A DNA stretch of 64,000 nucleotides from Octopus vulgaris. Lineage: Eukaryota. Position 1 is the first letter of the stretch; each line of letters starts with the position of its first letter. Shown here in pieces: positions 30,700-45,257 of the stretch. The stretch is taken from NCBI GenBank assembly GCA_951406725.2, contig OX597827.1:2542001-2606000 (forward strand). Direction: 5' to 3'. The translations under genes were made by a program, and so were the position numbers. The notes under the pieces are model-generated. The model was not told where the DNA came from. It ran no database searches and saw only the letters and a list, made by a program, of their open reading frames with translations.

Positions 30700-30774
<75 letters not shown>

Positions 30775-31159
30775 GTGTTATTATCATTATCATCACCATC
30801 ATCACCATCGGCGTAATCATCACCACCACCACCACTTCCATCGTCATTATCATCATCATCATCACCATAATCATCATCGCCATAATCATTAACATTTTGT
30901 ATTTCTTCAGTTTAGTTGAAGAATTTTGTGAATATAAAAAAAAAGAAATAACATTCCAATAAAAACAATAAAAATAAAGTAAAAATGGAAAAAATTGTTT
31001 CATTTATAGATTTTTTATTGCTTTTCTGTTCCAACTTTATTTTAATATTCATTTTTAGCATCATTAGTAGTAGTAGTAGTAGTAGTAGCTTTATTATCAT
31101 TTCATTGCCATTCTTAGCTCTCGCTCGCTATAGTCGTTATCAACATCATCATCACCATC

Positions 31160-31209
<50 letters not shown>

Positions 31210-31220
31210 CATCATCATAA

Positions 31221-31261
<41 letters not shown>

Positions 31262-31277
31262 AATAATAATAATATTA

Positions 31278-31318
<41 letters not shown>

Positions 31319-31697
31319 AATAATAATAATATTATCATTATTATTATTATTATCATTATTATTATTATTATTATTATCATTAATTTTTATTGTTACTGTT
31401 ATTATTGCTATTGTTGTTGTTACTGTTATTTCGTTTCCATTTCCTTTTAGAAAAATATGCTTTCTTTCTTTATTGCTTTATTCTTTGTCTGTTCTTTTTC
31501 TTTACTTTCCTTTTTGAATTTTGTTTTCTACTTTTCTTTTCTTTTCTTTTTTTTTCCTCTTGAGGTGAGGGTATTGGAATATGACAATTTTAAGAGGCCA
31601 TATATGGTTACTGTGTTTTCTTCACTGCAATAATCGCGATGATGATGACGATGACGGTGATGATGATGATGATGATGACGATGATGATGATGATGAC

Positions 31698-31754
<57 letters not shown>

Positions 31755-31828
31755 TTTGGTGATGATGATGATGATGATTTTGATGGTGATGATGATGACG
31801 AAGACGACGACGATGATGCTGATGATGC

Positions 31829-31864
<36 letters not shown>

Positions 31865-32205
31865 GGAGGAGGAGGAGGAGGATGATTTTGTTCGTAATGA
31901 TGATGATGAGGAGGAAGAAGAATATTTTGGTGATGATGATGAGGATGAAGATGATGATTAATATGGTGATGATGATGACGATTAAAATGGTGATGATGAT
32001 TTTGGTGCTGATGATGATGGTGATGATGATGATGATGATGACGATGAGATGTGGGCGGAGGAGGAGGAAAAGGAAGATTTTGGTGGTGATGATCACGAGA
32101 AGACTGGAGTACGAGGGCCGAGAAGCGGAAGAGACGATGGAGGGAAAAAAGACACCGACCACGACGATGAAGACGATGGTGATGATGATTATGATGCTGT
32201 TGTTG

Positions 32206-32237
<32 letters not shown>

Positions 32238-32240
32238 GAT
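30664..32240. repeat. Cluster of (ATT)n, (ATC)n and (GAT)n arrays
   Basis: Seen directly. Confidence 0.9.
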
Positions 32241-32711
32241 GGCGGCGGTGGCGGTTGGGGCGCCGCTAGTGCGTCGCTGGCGGTGGCGGCGGCGGCGGTG
32301 ACGTTGGTAACTACAGCGTTGGTGGTGGTTATGTTCGTGGTGGTATTTTTTTCCATTTGGTCGGACAGTGGCAGAAGAAAAACCTAACACTTCTTTTAAA
32401 TGCCAAATGAGGTATATGACGATGTCCTGAATACTGTACGCGGAAAAACTGATTTGGAAACGAAATGTAGGTCTTAGTTGTTGAAAGAAATCAGCAAACC
32501 TAACAGCAGCCGAGAGTATAACACAAATTCATTGGTTGATGATTTTAAAATAATCAGAGTAAATCTCAAAAACATTTAAAGTTTCATGCTTTCCTATATA
32601 AAAGTTCACTCACAAGCCATTGTATGTATGTATGTTTGTATGTATTTATGTATGTATGTGTATATGTATGCATGCGAGTGTGAATGTACGCACAAACACA
32701 CACACACGTTT

Positions 32712-32885
32712 CAAATGCAAAAAAGCCAAAGAAAGTGACAGAAGAGGGAACAACGAACAACGTGTATTAGTTTGACGCTGAAGAAGAATGGAAAACTCTT
32801 CAACGTTTCGAGCCTATGCTCTTCGACAGAGAGGAATGAAAGGAAATAGAGAGAAAAAATGACCGGAGAAACAGTTCTACATGCC
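32712..32885 (-). mobile_element. Family D hammerhead-like element
   Basis: Minus strand reads CTGTCGA-a-gagcataggctc-GAAACGTT (32796-32834). A truncated + strand family member lies at about 33005-33092. Confidence 0.6.
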
Positions 32886-32887
32886 GA

Positions 32888-32934
<47 letters not shown>

Positions 32935-33103
32935 CCTGTGTGTGTATATATATATAGATAGATTTGTATATATATGTATATATATGTATATATATTTTTT
33001 TCACTTTTTCACTTTCCGAGCGTTATACTAATACATCTGTTTGTTGTCTACACCACCTGTCTTCATCTTTTGTTTTTTTTTTAATTCTCCCCATATGTAT
33101 ATG

Positions 33104-33134
<31 letters not shown>

Positions 33135-33374
33135 ATCAATAAGTCGATAACTGATGTGAGTTTAGTGTGTCAACGTCCTTTGCGTGCCTCTTTTCCAGTT
33201 TTCCCTATGTCGCATCGTTGTCAGAATATTAAATATTTAAACAAATTTAAAAGATTTGTCTATTGTTGAATGGTTTATTTTGTGTCTTCGATGGTATAAT
33301 CTCTTTGCTTTCAACTCTCGGTCTCACCAGTCAAGCACATTTCCGAAATATATACATAAATTTGGTGATGCGCG

Positions 33375-33414
<40 letters not shown>

Positions 33415-33429
33415 TACACATATATCTAC

Positions 33430-33504
<75 letters not shown>

Positions 33505-34051
33505 CACACACACAAACACGCACGCACATGTTTCTCTTACTTGTTTCAGTAATTAGACTGCGGCCATGCTGGGGCACGGCCTTTAAAAATTTATAGTCGG
33601 ACAAATCCACTCCAGTACATACTTTTAAGCATGGTACTTACTCTATCGATTTTTTGCGGAAGCGTTCAGTCCCAAGGACGTAAACAAACCATCATCAGTT
33701 GTCCAGCGGTGGTGGGGGACAGACACCAAATACACATATACGTACAAATATGAAGATTTTGGTCTTCCTGTGTCTATATATGTGAGCGTGTGCGTGTACG
33801 TGTGTGTATGGTGTATGTGTGTGTGTGTGTGTTTGTACCTGTGTTTGTTTCCCTCCACCGCTTCATTACCGGTGTTAGTGTGTTTACATCCTCGTAACTT
33901 AGCTGTTCGACAAAAGAGGCCGATAGAATAATTACGAGGCTTTAAAAATTAGCCCTGGACTCGATTTGTTCGAAGAAATCCCTTTAATGCTATGCTCCAA
34001 CTTGGACGCAGTCAAATGCCTGAAACAAGTAAAAGAATAAAAGATATTATT

Positions 34052-34485
34052 GGCTGCGTGGTAAGAGCATTGCTTCCCAATCACATGATTTCGGGTTCAG
34101 TCTCGCTGCGTGGCACCTTGCGCAAGTGTCTTCTACTATAGCCTCAGTTGACCTAAGCCTTACGAGTGGATTTGGTAAAGGGAAAACTGAAAGAAGCTCG
34201 TCATATATATATATATATATGTGTGTGCTGTACGTGTGTGTTTGTGTGTGTTTGCATGTGTGTGTGTGTGTGTGTGTGCCTGTGTTTGTCTCCTATCAAC
34301 GCTTGACAACCGACGTTGGTGTGTTTACGCCCCCGCAACTGAGCGGTTCGTCAAAAGAGACCGATAGAATAAGGCTTACAAAGAATAGTCCTAGGGTCGA
34401 ATTCTTCGTCTAAAATAGCCTTTAAGGCGGTGCTCCAGCATGGCCGCGGTCAAATGACTGAAACAAGTAAAGGAACAAAAGAATA
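34052..34485 (+). mobile_element. SINE family A, near full-length
   Basis: Same head, body and tail as the 28173 copy. Further degenerate copies lie at about 24765, 26900, 29600-30283, 33535, 33840, 36505-37120, 38905-39215, 46900, 48945, 49460, 53030 and 63140. Confidence 0.8.
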
Positions 34486-34861
34486 CATATACACAAACTT
34501 TTAGTTTAAAATTTTGCATGCATGCGTGTATATGTGTTCTTGCGTGTGTGTATGTGCATGTGAGTGTGTGTGTATGAGTTCACGCGTGTGTTTGTGTGTG
34601 TCTTCGTTCTTAAGTATACAAAGGTAAATTCTGCAAAAATTATTTAAATTATGGTGGAAGAGAATATGATAAGAAAAAGTCGATATTGTATAAATTATCA
34701 AATTATATGACCTAAGAGAGAGAATAAAATAGGAGAAAAAATACAAACAATATTTTATAAAATGTCTTGTTGATTGACCTCAGAAAACGTAAAATATGAG
34801 AGTCTAGTTGTAGTGTAGGAGTTATAAGTACAATGTTATATAAAGTAAAAGAAAATGAGAA

Positions 34862-35010
34862 TAGTATTAGAATTATTTAAGCACAGTGGATGTTGATAAA
34901 TTGGTCGAGTTTATATTGTTCATCGAAGAGATGTGTCAGAAATGTGGACTTGTGAGTAATGATGCATATTGTGGTTTGAAGAAATGTTGTATGACAGCTT
35001 TAGGGAAATG
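34862..35010. repeat. Dispersed repeat, second copy at 38388-38513 (possible LINE 3' fragment)
   Basis: Both copies share tagtattagaattattta...gtttatattgttcatcgaag...gtggtttgaagaaatgttgtatgacag. Confidence 0.7.
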
Positions 35011-35487
35011 GTGTTATTGTGAAAGAACGGTGGAGTTGGAGTGAGTTGGAATTTTGATAGAAAATTAATACGTGTTATTAAAGTTACCAAGTTATAATTA
35101 GATAATATCTGTTGAGAAGAAGAGGAAATATATAGCCGTCACTCACGAGTGAGTGTGAAATGATGAGATCTACCGTGGTTTCTGTGATCTTTTTCGCAGT
35201 TCCAGTACATTCACGAGCAAGAACAGACTCTCTCTCTTGGCACTCCCACCCTTGAGTCAGTAGAATATCTGGGTTGGGGCACAACTGGAAAAATATTAGG
35301 CTGCAACCAGCAGCGTGAAATGATGCACCAAGCCCAAACTGCTTTTCATGTTACCAAGTTAAGTGATAGTATGTGTTAAGTGGAATAGGAAAAATATAGC
35401 CGTCACCCACAAGCAAGTCTGAATTAATAGCATCTACCATGATTTCAGTGTTTATTTTAGGTACTCCTGTAGTGGCGAGCACAAACG

Positions 35488-35544
<57 letters not shown>

Positions 35545-36280
35545 GATCCTAACACGGCTTGAGACAGCTACGGAAATGTAAAGCTGCAGCCTGCTCCAGA
35601 CTGGTATTCATCTTCAGCTGAATGGGCTCATGCGGTGCAAGATGAAGTCCCTTATTCACAGATAAAATGCTCCACCCAGTCCAGGAATCGAACCTTATTC
35701 TTTACTATCGCGAATCCAACACTAGACCATACAGAGTCTTTTTGGAAATATGGCTTACTGTTGGATTCAAATTTTGGCACGAGGCCTACAATTCTTGGGT
35801 AGGATGGGATCAAATCGATTACATCGACCCCAGCGCCCAACTTTATTTTATCGACTCCGAAAGGATGAAAGCAAAGTTGACCTCGGCAGTATTTGAACTC
35901 CAGAACGTAAAGATGGACGAAATACCGCTAAGCATTTTGTTCGGTCTGCTAACGATTCTGACAGCTCACTGCCTTAAATTTATTCCTAATATTAAATCAT
36001 GTTACAGTGACAAACAAGAATAATCGATCCGAGCTCAAATTCCACCGAGGTACATGACCAACATTTTTGAGGTGGTGTTATTGGTGCGGGTGAGGGTGTC
36101 GATTATATTGACACGAGTACTTGACTGGTAGTTATTTTATCGACCCCGAAAAGAAGAAAGATAAAGTTGATCTCTGCGGAATTTGAACTCAAGAACTAAA
36201 GACGGATGAAAAGTCAATATGCATTTTGTCCAGCTTGTTAACGATTCTGCTAGCTTACAACCTTAATAATAATAATAATA

Positions 36281-36329
<49 letters not shown>

Positions 36330-36330
36330 T

Positions 36331-36402
36331 AAAATGCAGAATGTGTTATGAGCGGGATGAAACAGTGGACCACATCTTAACTGGATGCACAGCACTTGCA
36401 TA
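36331..36402 (+). mobile_element. R4/Dong-like zinc-knuckle fragment directly after (TAA)n
   Basis: Translates as KCRMCYERDETVDHILTGCTALA. Confidence 0.6.
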
Positions 36403-37611
36403 TTAGAAACTAGTACAGAACTAAAAAAATTGTAAAAAACAAAAACAAAAACAAAAAACCTGAAGAGTGACTTCTAATAGCAATAGATTAATAATTGAAA
36501 ATATTTCGATAAGAAGCTTGCTTGGCCACTATACAGTTTTGCGGTCAGTTCCACAGCGCAGCACTTTCAACAAGCATCTTCCACTATAGCCCTAAGCCGA
36601 CCGAATTCTTGCGAGTGAATTAGGTAGACGGAAACAGCGTGGAAGCTCATCGTGTATGCGTGTGTGTATCCCTTTTCACCGAGTATCAAGCTAATACATA
36701 CCCTGTGTACGTCCTTTTGTCTTGTCCGTTAATTTTATTATTGGTTTTTTTATTTTTTATTTGAATTGACTATATGTATGTGTGTGTGTGTATGTGTATG
36801 CATTTATGTATGCATGCATTACACACACACACAAACACACGCACACATACACACACACAAACATATATACGTAAATGCCTAACGATGAGCAAATATATGT
36901 GTGTGTGTGTGTGTCGGTTTTTGTGTTTGTCCCTTCACCACTTGACAACCGGTATCGGTTTATTTACCGCCCCGTAACATAGCCGTTCAGCAAAAGAGAT
37001 TGATAGAATAAATAGAAGCCTTTAAAAGAAAAACAAAAACCGGAATTTTTTTTTACTAAAATCTTCAAGTGATGTCCCAGCATGGCCGTAGTCCAATGAC
37101 TGAAACAGCAGAAAGATAAATGGTAAAATTATAAACTTATACACCCATTCATCGTGAATTGTATAGTCCCTATTTTTTAAAAGTAACCATTGAAAATATA
37201 ATTGCCTCCTAATTACCCTTGGAATACAACAGTAACACGTCATCATTTAAACATTTCTTTGAATTAGCGAAATACAAAACAGCATACCCACACCCACTCT
37301 ATTTTGACCACTGCACAATAAAACAAAGCCCTTCCCTCAATTTCTCTCATTCTTAATGGAGATAAATGAAGAAGGGAAGTAGGGAGATTAAAGAAAGAGA
37401 AGGTCAAGAAATGTGAATGAGGGGGGGGCGAGGAAAAGAAAGGAGGAAAGAAAGAAGTAAGTGTGAGGGGGACTAAAAGAAAGAGTAAAAGAGTCGTACA
37501 GAATTTAGATGAATACTTATTTACAAGGTGAGCAAATGTGCACGTACGCCGCTATGTGTATATGTAAACCCCCAAAATGGGACAAGAACGCAACAGACTA
37601 TATATATATAT

Positions 37612-37815
37612 AAAGTTAATCCAAACAAGAAAGCACAAAAAAACACAACAACGCGAGGACGTGGAACAAATATAGTATTATTGGACGCTCAGGAAAGAAG
37701 GAAAGAAGGAGGGTTTAACGTTTCGAGCGGAGCTCTTCGTCGGAAACGTAGGAGAAGGAAAGATCCAGAGAAGAGAAGACAGAGGAAAAAATCGCCAACG
37801 GTACACACGTGGTCA
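37612..37815 (-). mobile_element. Family D hammerhead-like element between (TA)n tracts
   Basis: Minus strand reads gttt-CCGACGA-a-gagctccgctc-GAAACGTT-aaac (37713-37747). Confidence 0.65.
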
Positions 37816-37843
37816 TATATATATATATATATATACATACATA

Positions 37844-38385
37844 CAGGGTGCGGCGAATAAACTGCCGTCTAAATTACGCAAAAATGAAAATATTACTGAC
37901 ATCTCATTTTAACACATATATTTACCACAGTTACATAAAAATATCTTGAAATACTAAAGAGTAAATTTATTCAATAAAATCGCCATTGGCTCCAGCAGTG
38001 GCCTCCAGACGACTTCAGAACCCCTTGCAGCTCTTCTGGACGGTCTCTTTGTTTAAGTTGGTGAATGCTGCTATAATCCTTGCTTTCAGTTCATCATTGG
38101 TGCTACAAGGAGTTTTGTTGGTCTCTCCGCTCAACTGCATTCCACTCATAATAATCAAGGGGGTTGCAGTCAAGGGAGTTAGGTGTCCAAATGGTAGGAA
38201 TAATGTGGTCGCAAAAATTATCTGACAGCTATGACTTGGTTCTCCTGTTTGTGTGACATGGTGCAGAGTCCTGTTGCCAGACATAGGGTCTTCCAGCAGC
38301 CACTCTCTTAACCCAGAGCAGCATTACCTCCTCCAGGCACTTGATATAGGCCTCTGTGTTGAGTCTGAGGCCTAGTGGGAAGATT
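37844..38385 (-). pseudogene. Tc1/mariner (maT/DD37D-like) transposase 3' fragment with TIR
   Basis: QQDSAPCH, an NPLDY-like motif, and ETNKTPCSTNDELKARIIAAFTNLNKETVQKSC; terminus TA-cagggtg. Confidence 0.75.
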
Positions 38386-38810
38386 AATAGTATTAGAATT
38401 ATTTAAACACAGCGGTTGTTGATAAATTGGTAGAGTTTATATTGTTCATCGAAGTCTGTTACAAGAGATGTGTTGTGGTTTGAAGAAATGTTGTATGACA
38501 GTTTTAGGGAAATAATCACTAGTGATCACTCCAAACATCACGATGTGACTGTTTGATTTTTATCACTCGCGGTACATGTCCTCAGATTGACACCCAAACA
38601 CTGAAATGTTCGTATTGTAGCTTCCTGTGCGAATGTGAAGCAGTAAAACATGTCGTTTCCGAATCTGACAGAGTGAATTGCGTCGAGGTACTGTTTTTCT
38701 CGCAGACGCCCAACTAACCCTACTATACTGTGTAGTCGAGAAAATCAAAAACAAAGCCCATGGAAGAAATCAAAAATATAAAATGGTGACAATTTACCCA
38801 TCGCATCCTG

Positions 38811-38852
<42 letters not shown>

Positions 38853-40061
38853 AACACACACATAAATATATATATATGTGTATGTATGTATGTATGTATG
38901 TATACGACGGGCTCTTTCAGTTTCAGTCTACCAAATCCACTCACAAGGCTTCGGTCGGCTCAACGTACCACGCAATGGGACTGAACTCAGAACCATGTGA
39001 TTGTAAAGCAAGTTTCTTACCACACACCCACACCTACACCTAAGGCTACGGCCATGCCAGGATAGCGCCTAGAAGAATTTTAACCGAAAGAATCGATTAC
39101 AATGCTCTTTTTCAAACATGGTACTCTATTTTATCGTTGTCTGTTTTAGAACCTCTAGGTTACAGGGACGGAAACACACCAAGACCGGTTCTCACGCAGT
39201 GGTGGGGTACAAGCATAGACACACACACACACACATACATACACACAGACAGACACGCACACACACACACACAACACGCACACATACACACACACACACA
39301 ACACGCACACACACACACATATACACGCACACATATATATGAAGTAGAAATTGCTCAGAAAGAATAGAAATGAACAGCCAGAAAAAACCACACAGAAGAC
39401 TTGGATACGCTCATCCCTCATCAATTATCGACCAAAAATCATCACAATTTCGCGCCATTCGTGTATATATATATATATATACATATATGACTGAGTGGAC
39501 AAACGAAAGAATGAGGCACAAACACACGAAGCATTGAGTAGGTGCTATATATACTATTATTTAATTAGTTTGAATATATATACATACATATATTTGTACA
39601 TGTGCATGTCTGTTTGTGTGTATGTTTTGTTTGTGTATGACTCATAATGATAGATTTAATCTATCACTGAAAAAGAACGAGCAGTTTTTACGACATGACG
39701 GTAACTTAACATCCTTAAACAGAAGCGGAGTTCAACGATTTATGACGGAACTAGCCGAACTTATAACTTTTAGCTGACGATACTCCTGTGGTTATATTAT
39801 CAAAACATGTCCTGCATGATTTCTGTGAGTTTATATACACACGTGTCTATATATACGCATACATATATACATCCATGCACACAAAACTATATGCAATTTT
39901 ACCTAGAATTCAGCGTTGCTCTTCTAATCCTCAGACGAGATTGGCTGCTGCAACCGGTGTCTCTCAGTCGGGCGTGTCACATTTGGTAGCTTCTGCTTTG
40001 TCTTGCACACACATAACGCTCTACAGAACTTTAGTCGCTTGTATCTTTACTTTTAATCTTT

Positions 40062-40457
40062 TAGCTAAACACAGAGAGAACAAACAAGGATAGACAAACG
40101 AATTAAGTCGATTATATCGACCCCAGTGCGTAACTGGTACTTATTTAATCGACCCCGAAAGGATGAAAGGCAAAGTCGACCTCGGCGGAATTGGAACTCA
40201 GAACGTAGTGACAGACGAAATACCTATTTCTTTACTACCCACAAGGGGCTAAACACAGAGAGGACAAACAAGGACAGACAAACGGATTAAGTCGATTACA
40301 TCGACCCCAGTGCGTAACTGGTACTTAATTTATCGACCCCGAAAGGATGAAAGGCAAAATCGACCTCGGCGGAATTGGAACTCAGAACGTAGTGACAGAC
40401 GAAATACCCCCAAGCATTTCGCCCGGCGTGCTAACGTTTCTGCCAGCTCGCCGCCTT
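40062..40457 (-). mobile_element. SINE family B with tandemly duplicated body
   Basis: 40064-40224 is repeated at about 40248-40408; there is a single head at 40457. Confidence 0.85.
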
Positions 40458-41059
40458 TTCAGTTACCCACTTTTGCACCGTTAATAAAGCTGGAGCGTCA
40501 TCTCCTAATGTAGCAACCATGTCAGCATTTTCATCCTTCAGTGCTTAGTCCTTTTTCTGCAGGTATTTGATAACACCGCGGTGCCAAATTTTGTCCATTT
40601 TCAATAGAAGCGGCTACTAGTTTTGCAGTCTTCTTTGACCAGTGACGTATCGGCTTACCTGGAAATAAACAATGCAATTATTAATAAGCGGAACTGATAA
40701 TAAAGGAAAGGGAGGATTTCCTAACTTTAGCATCACTCCTTCATAATCAGGCTATGCACTTTTCAGCCGACCCTCAAACATACATTCATTCGTATGTATA
40801 TACATCTGCATACGAACAAACCTACGCAGGCCCGCGGGCAGAATCAGTTGATCCATCCACATTGTGGCATGCACAACCCGAGTTCGATTCCCATGTCTAA
40901 ACCTCTTTTTTTACTTAAACCCATAAAAGCATAGAATATAAGGAAGGCACGAATATCACTCTCTCCCCATTTCCGGTCAGTCTCAATACATTTCCGTTCT
41001 TCATGCTTTTATCCACATTCAATCAAAACATCGTTGCTTTCATTAGCATTGCCATAATT

Positions 41060-41086
41060 ATCATCATCACCACCACCACCACCCAC

Positions 41087-41117
<31 letters not shown>

Positions 41118-41246
41118 GTCAGCATCATCATCGTTATCGTTATTATCATTGTGGTGGTGGTGGTAGTGGTGACTGTTGTTAGGTGGTGGTAGTCGTCAAT
41201 ATCATCGCCAGCATCGTCGCCGTCATCATCATCATCATCATCATCG

Positions 41247-41284
<38 letters not shown>

Positions 41285-41291
41285 GTCGTCG

Positions 41292-41359
<68 letters not shown>

Positions 41360-41633
41360 GTCATCATCATCATCATCGTCATCATCATCATCATCATCGT
41401 CAGCATCATCATCATCATCATCGTCATCATCGTAATCATCATCATCATCATCATCGTCATCATCATCGTCATCCTCATCGTCATCATCGTCAGCATCATC
41501 ATCATCATCGTCGTCATCATCATCGTCATCCTCATCGTCATCATCGTCATCATCATCATCATCATCATCATCGTCGTCGTCGTCATCATCATCGTCATCA
41601 TCATCATTATCATTATCATCATCATCATCATCG

Positions 41634-41664
<31 letters not shown>

Positions 41665-41963
41665 CATCATCACTATTATTATTATCATCATCATTATTAT
41701 TATCATCATCATCACCATCATCATCATCACCATCATCGTCATCATCATCGTCATCCTCATCGTCATCATCGTCATCATCATCATCATCATCATCATCATC
41801 GTCGTCGTCGTCATCATCATCATCACCAACATCATCATCATCATCATCGTCATCATCATCGTCATCCTCATCGTCATCATCGTCATCATCATCATCATCA
41901 TCGTCGTCGTCGTCATCATCATCGTCATCATCATCATTATCATTATCATCATCATCATCATCG

Positions 41964-41994
<31 letters not shown>

Positions 41995-42046
41995 CATCAC
42001 CATCATCATCATCACCATCATCATCATCACCATCATCATCATCACC

Positions 42047-42092
<46 letters not shown>

Positions 42093-42165
42093 CCACCGTC
42101 ATCATCATCATCGTATTCATCACCATCATCATCATCATCATCGTCGTCATGGTCGCCGTGGTCAT
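41060..42165. repeat. (ATC/GTC)n array
   Basis: Seen directly; ~1.1 kb. Confidence 0.95.
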
Positions 42166-42444
42166 GGTTCCTGATCGTCATCGTTACTAATCATTGTCTA
42201 AATTTTTTATTATTTTGCTCGCCCCTCCCCTCCTATTATCGCGAATGCCAAGAGACAATGACAAGAGGTTATGAGAGGCAAGGCAAAGAAGGTGGGGTTA
42301 GCTGAATGGCACATCCGCCAGCTCCGCTAACACACAGCCCCCCTCCCCCTCCCCTCCCCCCATCACCAGGCCAGCAAACTGACCGGCCCACCAGCTCACC
42401 GACCCAGAAACATCTTTTCATTTCTCTCTCTCTTCGTTCTAACA

Positions 42445-42675
42445 GAAGAAGAAGAAGAAGAAGAAGAAGAAGAAGAAGAAGAAGAAGAAGAAGAAGAAGA
42501 AGAAGAAGAAGAAGAAGAAGAATTGGAAGAAGAAGAAGAAGAATTGGAAGAAGAAGAAGAAGAAGAAGAATTGGAAGAAGAAGAAGAAGAAGAAGAAGAA
42601 GAAGAAGAAGAAGAAGAAGAAGAAGAAGAACAACAACAACAACAAGAACAACAACAAGAACAAGAAGAAGAAGGA
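42445..42675. repeat. (GAA)n / (CAA)n array
   Basis: Seen directly. Confidence 0.95.
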
Positions 42676-43115
42676 GAAGCGGAGGAGGGAGAGAAATACC
42701 ATATGAAAATAAATTTTAATAAATAAATGAAATAAAAGAGATAAGGAAAGAAATAAAGAAATGTTGATGAAATGAGAAGGGTGGGGGGGTGCAGAGGCTA
42801 TAATAATAGGCGCCGCGATGGCGGCGGTGGTGGTGGTCGTCGTAGTGGTGGTGGTGGTGGTGGTGGTGGATAGGAAATCTTTTGTTGTTTCTCCTCCTCC
42901 TACTTAATCGTTATTGTTATCATTAACATCATAATGAAAAGAATCCATCGATCCGTCATCATCATCATCATCATCATCGTCATCACTGTCGTGATCATCA
43001 CTAATATCATTTTCTTCTTTTCAACATATTGATACTGTTCCAAGATCATCACCATTTTCATCATCATCATCATCATCATCGTCTTTCATAGCATCATCAT
43101 CATAATCGTCATCAT

Positions 43116-43227
<112 letters not shown>

Positions 43228-44521
43228 TTCATCACAACTATAATCTTCAGTTATTATTTCTGCCATTGCTGTCATCAGCTGACATGTCAGCCATCACCCA
43301 CTCACACCCCACTCTCTGTATACACACACACACTCTCTCTCTCTCTCTTTCTATAACTTTCTTTCCCTTCACTTTCACTTTCTCTTTCTCTGTTCCATTC
43401 CAACTCCCTCCTCACCCCCAACCCATCCACCATTGTTTCATTCCTAACACCCTTCACCTCCCCCCTCCTCTGTTTATTACTTCTTCACACAAGCATAATT
43501 CTTTCCCCTACTGACACCTCACAACCTCACCGGAATTCGACCACGCGCCACCCCCACCCACCCGTAGCAATACGACGACCTTGCTTCCAGCACCATCAAA
43601 ACTACCACCAATACGTCACCACTCCCAATACAATCTCCAAGCGCATCAACTTACTCCGTCATCACTACCATCTGTACTATCACCACCACCACCAATACCA
43701 TCACCGACACCGTCATTACCATCATACCAACTTACCATCATACTCACTATCACCGCCGGCGCCACCAACACTACCAACACCACTATCACCACCACCACTA
43801 ACAACACAGCCACTACTACTATCACCAGTACTATCACCACCACTACCGCCACCACCACTACCGCCACCAAAACTACCACCTTAACCATCACTACCACAAA
43901 AACTACAACCATCACTATCACCACCACCACGTCACCATCATCACCAGTACCATCACCATCACCAATACTACCACCTTAACCATCACTACCACCAAAACCA
44001 CCACCAACACGTCACCATCATCACCATCACTACCGCCACCAAAACCACCATCACTACTACTGCCACTATAGAATGTACCATCATCATCATCATCATCATC
44101 AGCCATGTCGCCGCCGCCACCGTCGCCACTTTTCTTACTGATAATGTTTTTAATTACCCTAGGCATTATCATTTAGAACCCATCAGGGACGACAAGAATC
44201 AACGGACACTATCACGCGTTTAGTAGCACTATCACCAACGCAACCAGCGATGCCATTACCAACACCATCAAAAAACACCACCACCACCACCTCCACCACC
44301 ACTACCACCACCACCAAGAACAACACCAATACCATCATCCACATCGCCACCACCACAACCCACCACCACCACCACCATTACGGATATGTCTATCACTACC
44401 ATCGTCGCTAGTGCTGCCACACCCATTATTATCATCGATATTATAACCTTCATTCAACCGTACCGCCATCACCATCGCCGCCGCCACCACCACCACCTAA
44501 CCCACAGCTTTCACCATCTCT

Positions 44522-44562
<41 letters not shown>

Positions 44563-44902
44563 TATCATCATCATCATCACCATCAGTAGCGGCGTAGCCA
44601 TTCTAATTGCATTCGCCAATAATGACCTCTTCATCTCATGCCATCATCGTCATCATCGTCATCATCATCAATACCATAACCGTCGGTACCCCCCTCCCTC
44701 ATCACCACCACCACCATCACCCTCACAGTTACTAACAGCAGCGCTGAGTGTGGAGGTGGGAGGGAGATGAGTGGGAGGCAACAAGCAGAAGCAACATCGC
44801 TCCTTACCTTGACAGCCAGCCATCAATGCTCCAACGTTACATGCCAACCCTTGCCTGACCCTCCCCCCTCATCCCGCCACCGATCAACATACCACCCCCT
44901 CT

Positions 44903-44935
<33 letters not shown>

Positions 44936-45119
44936 CCATCGCCGCCGTCATCACCGTCGCTCACCACTGTCGTCATCACTACTATGGAATTTCTATATTC
45001 CACGTTTTGACAGCTTTTCAAGTCCAGTCCCAAAGCATTATCCGAGACACCCACTACAAAAGAAACCACCGCCACAACCACCACCACCACCACCACCACC
45101 ACCACCACCACCACCACCA

Positions 45120-45179
<60 letters not shown>

Positions 45180-45220
45180 CACTGCTGCTGCTGCCCTACG
45201 ACTACCATGACCATTATCAT

Positions 45221-45257
<37 letters not shown>

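Noticed and set aside
39771-39814. CTGACGA...AAAACATGTC hammerhead-like remnant
   Set aside because: G12 is missing and helix II is poor; at best a decayed copy.
41009-42181. 390-aa poly-Asp ORF resembling an acidic biomineralisation protein
   Set aside because: It is a translated (GAT)n repeat, open in several frames, with no signal peptide or complex domain. Similar arrays occur throughout the window.
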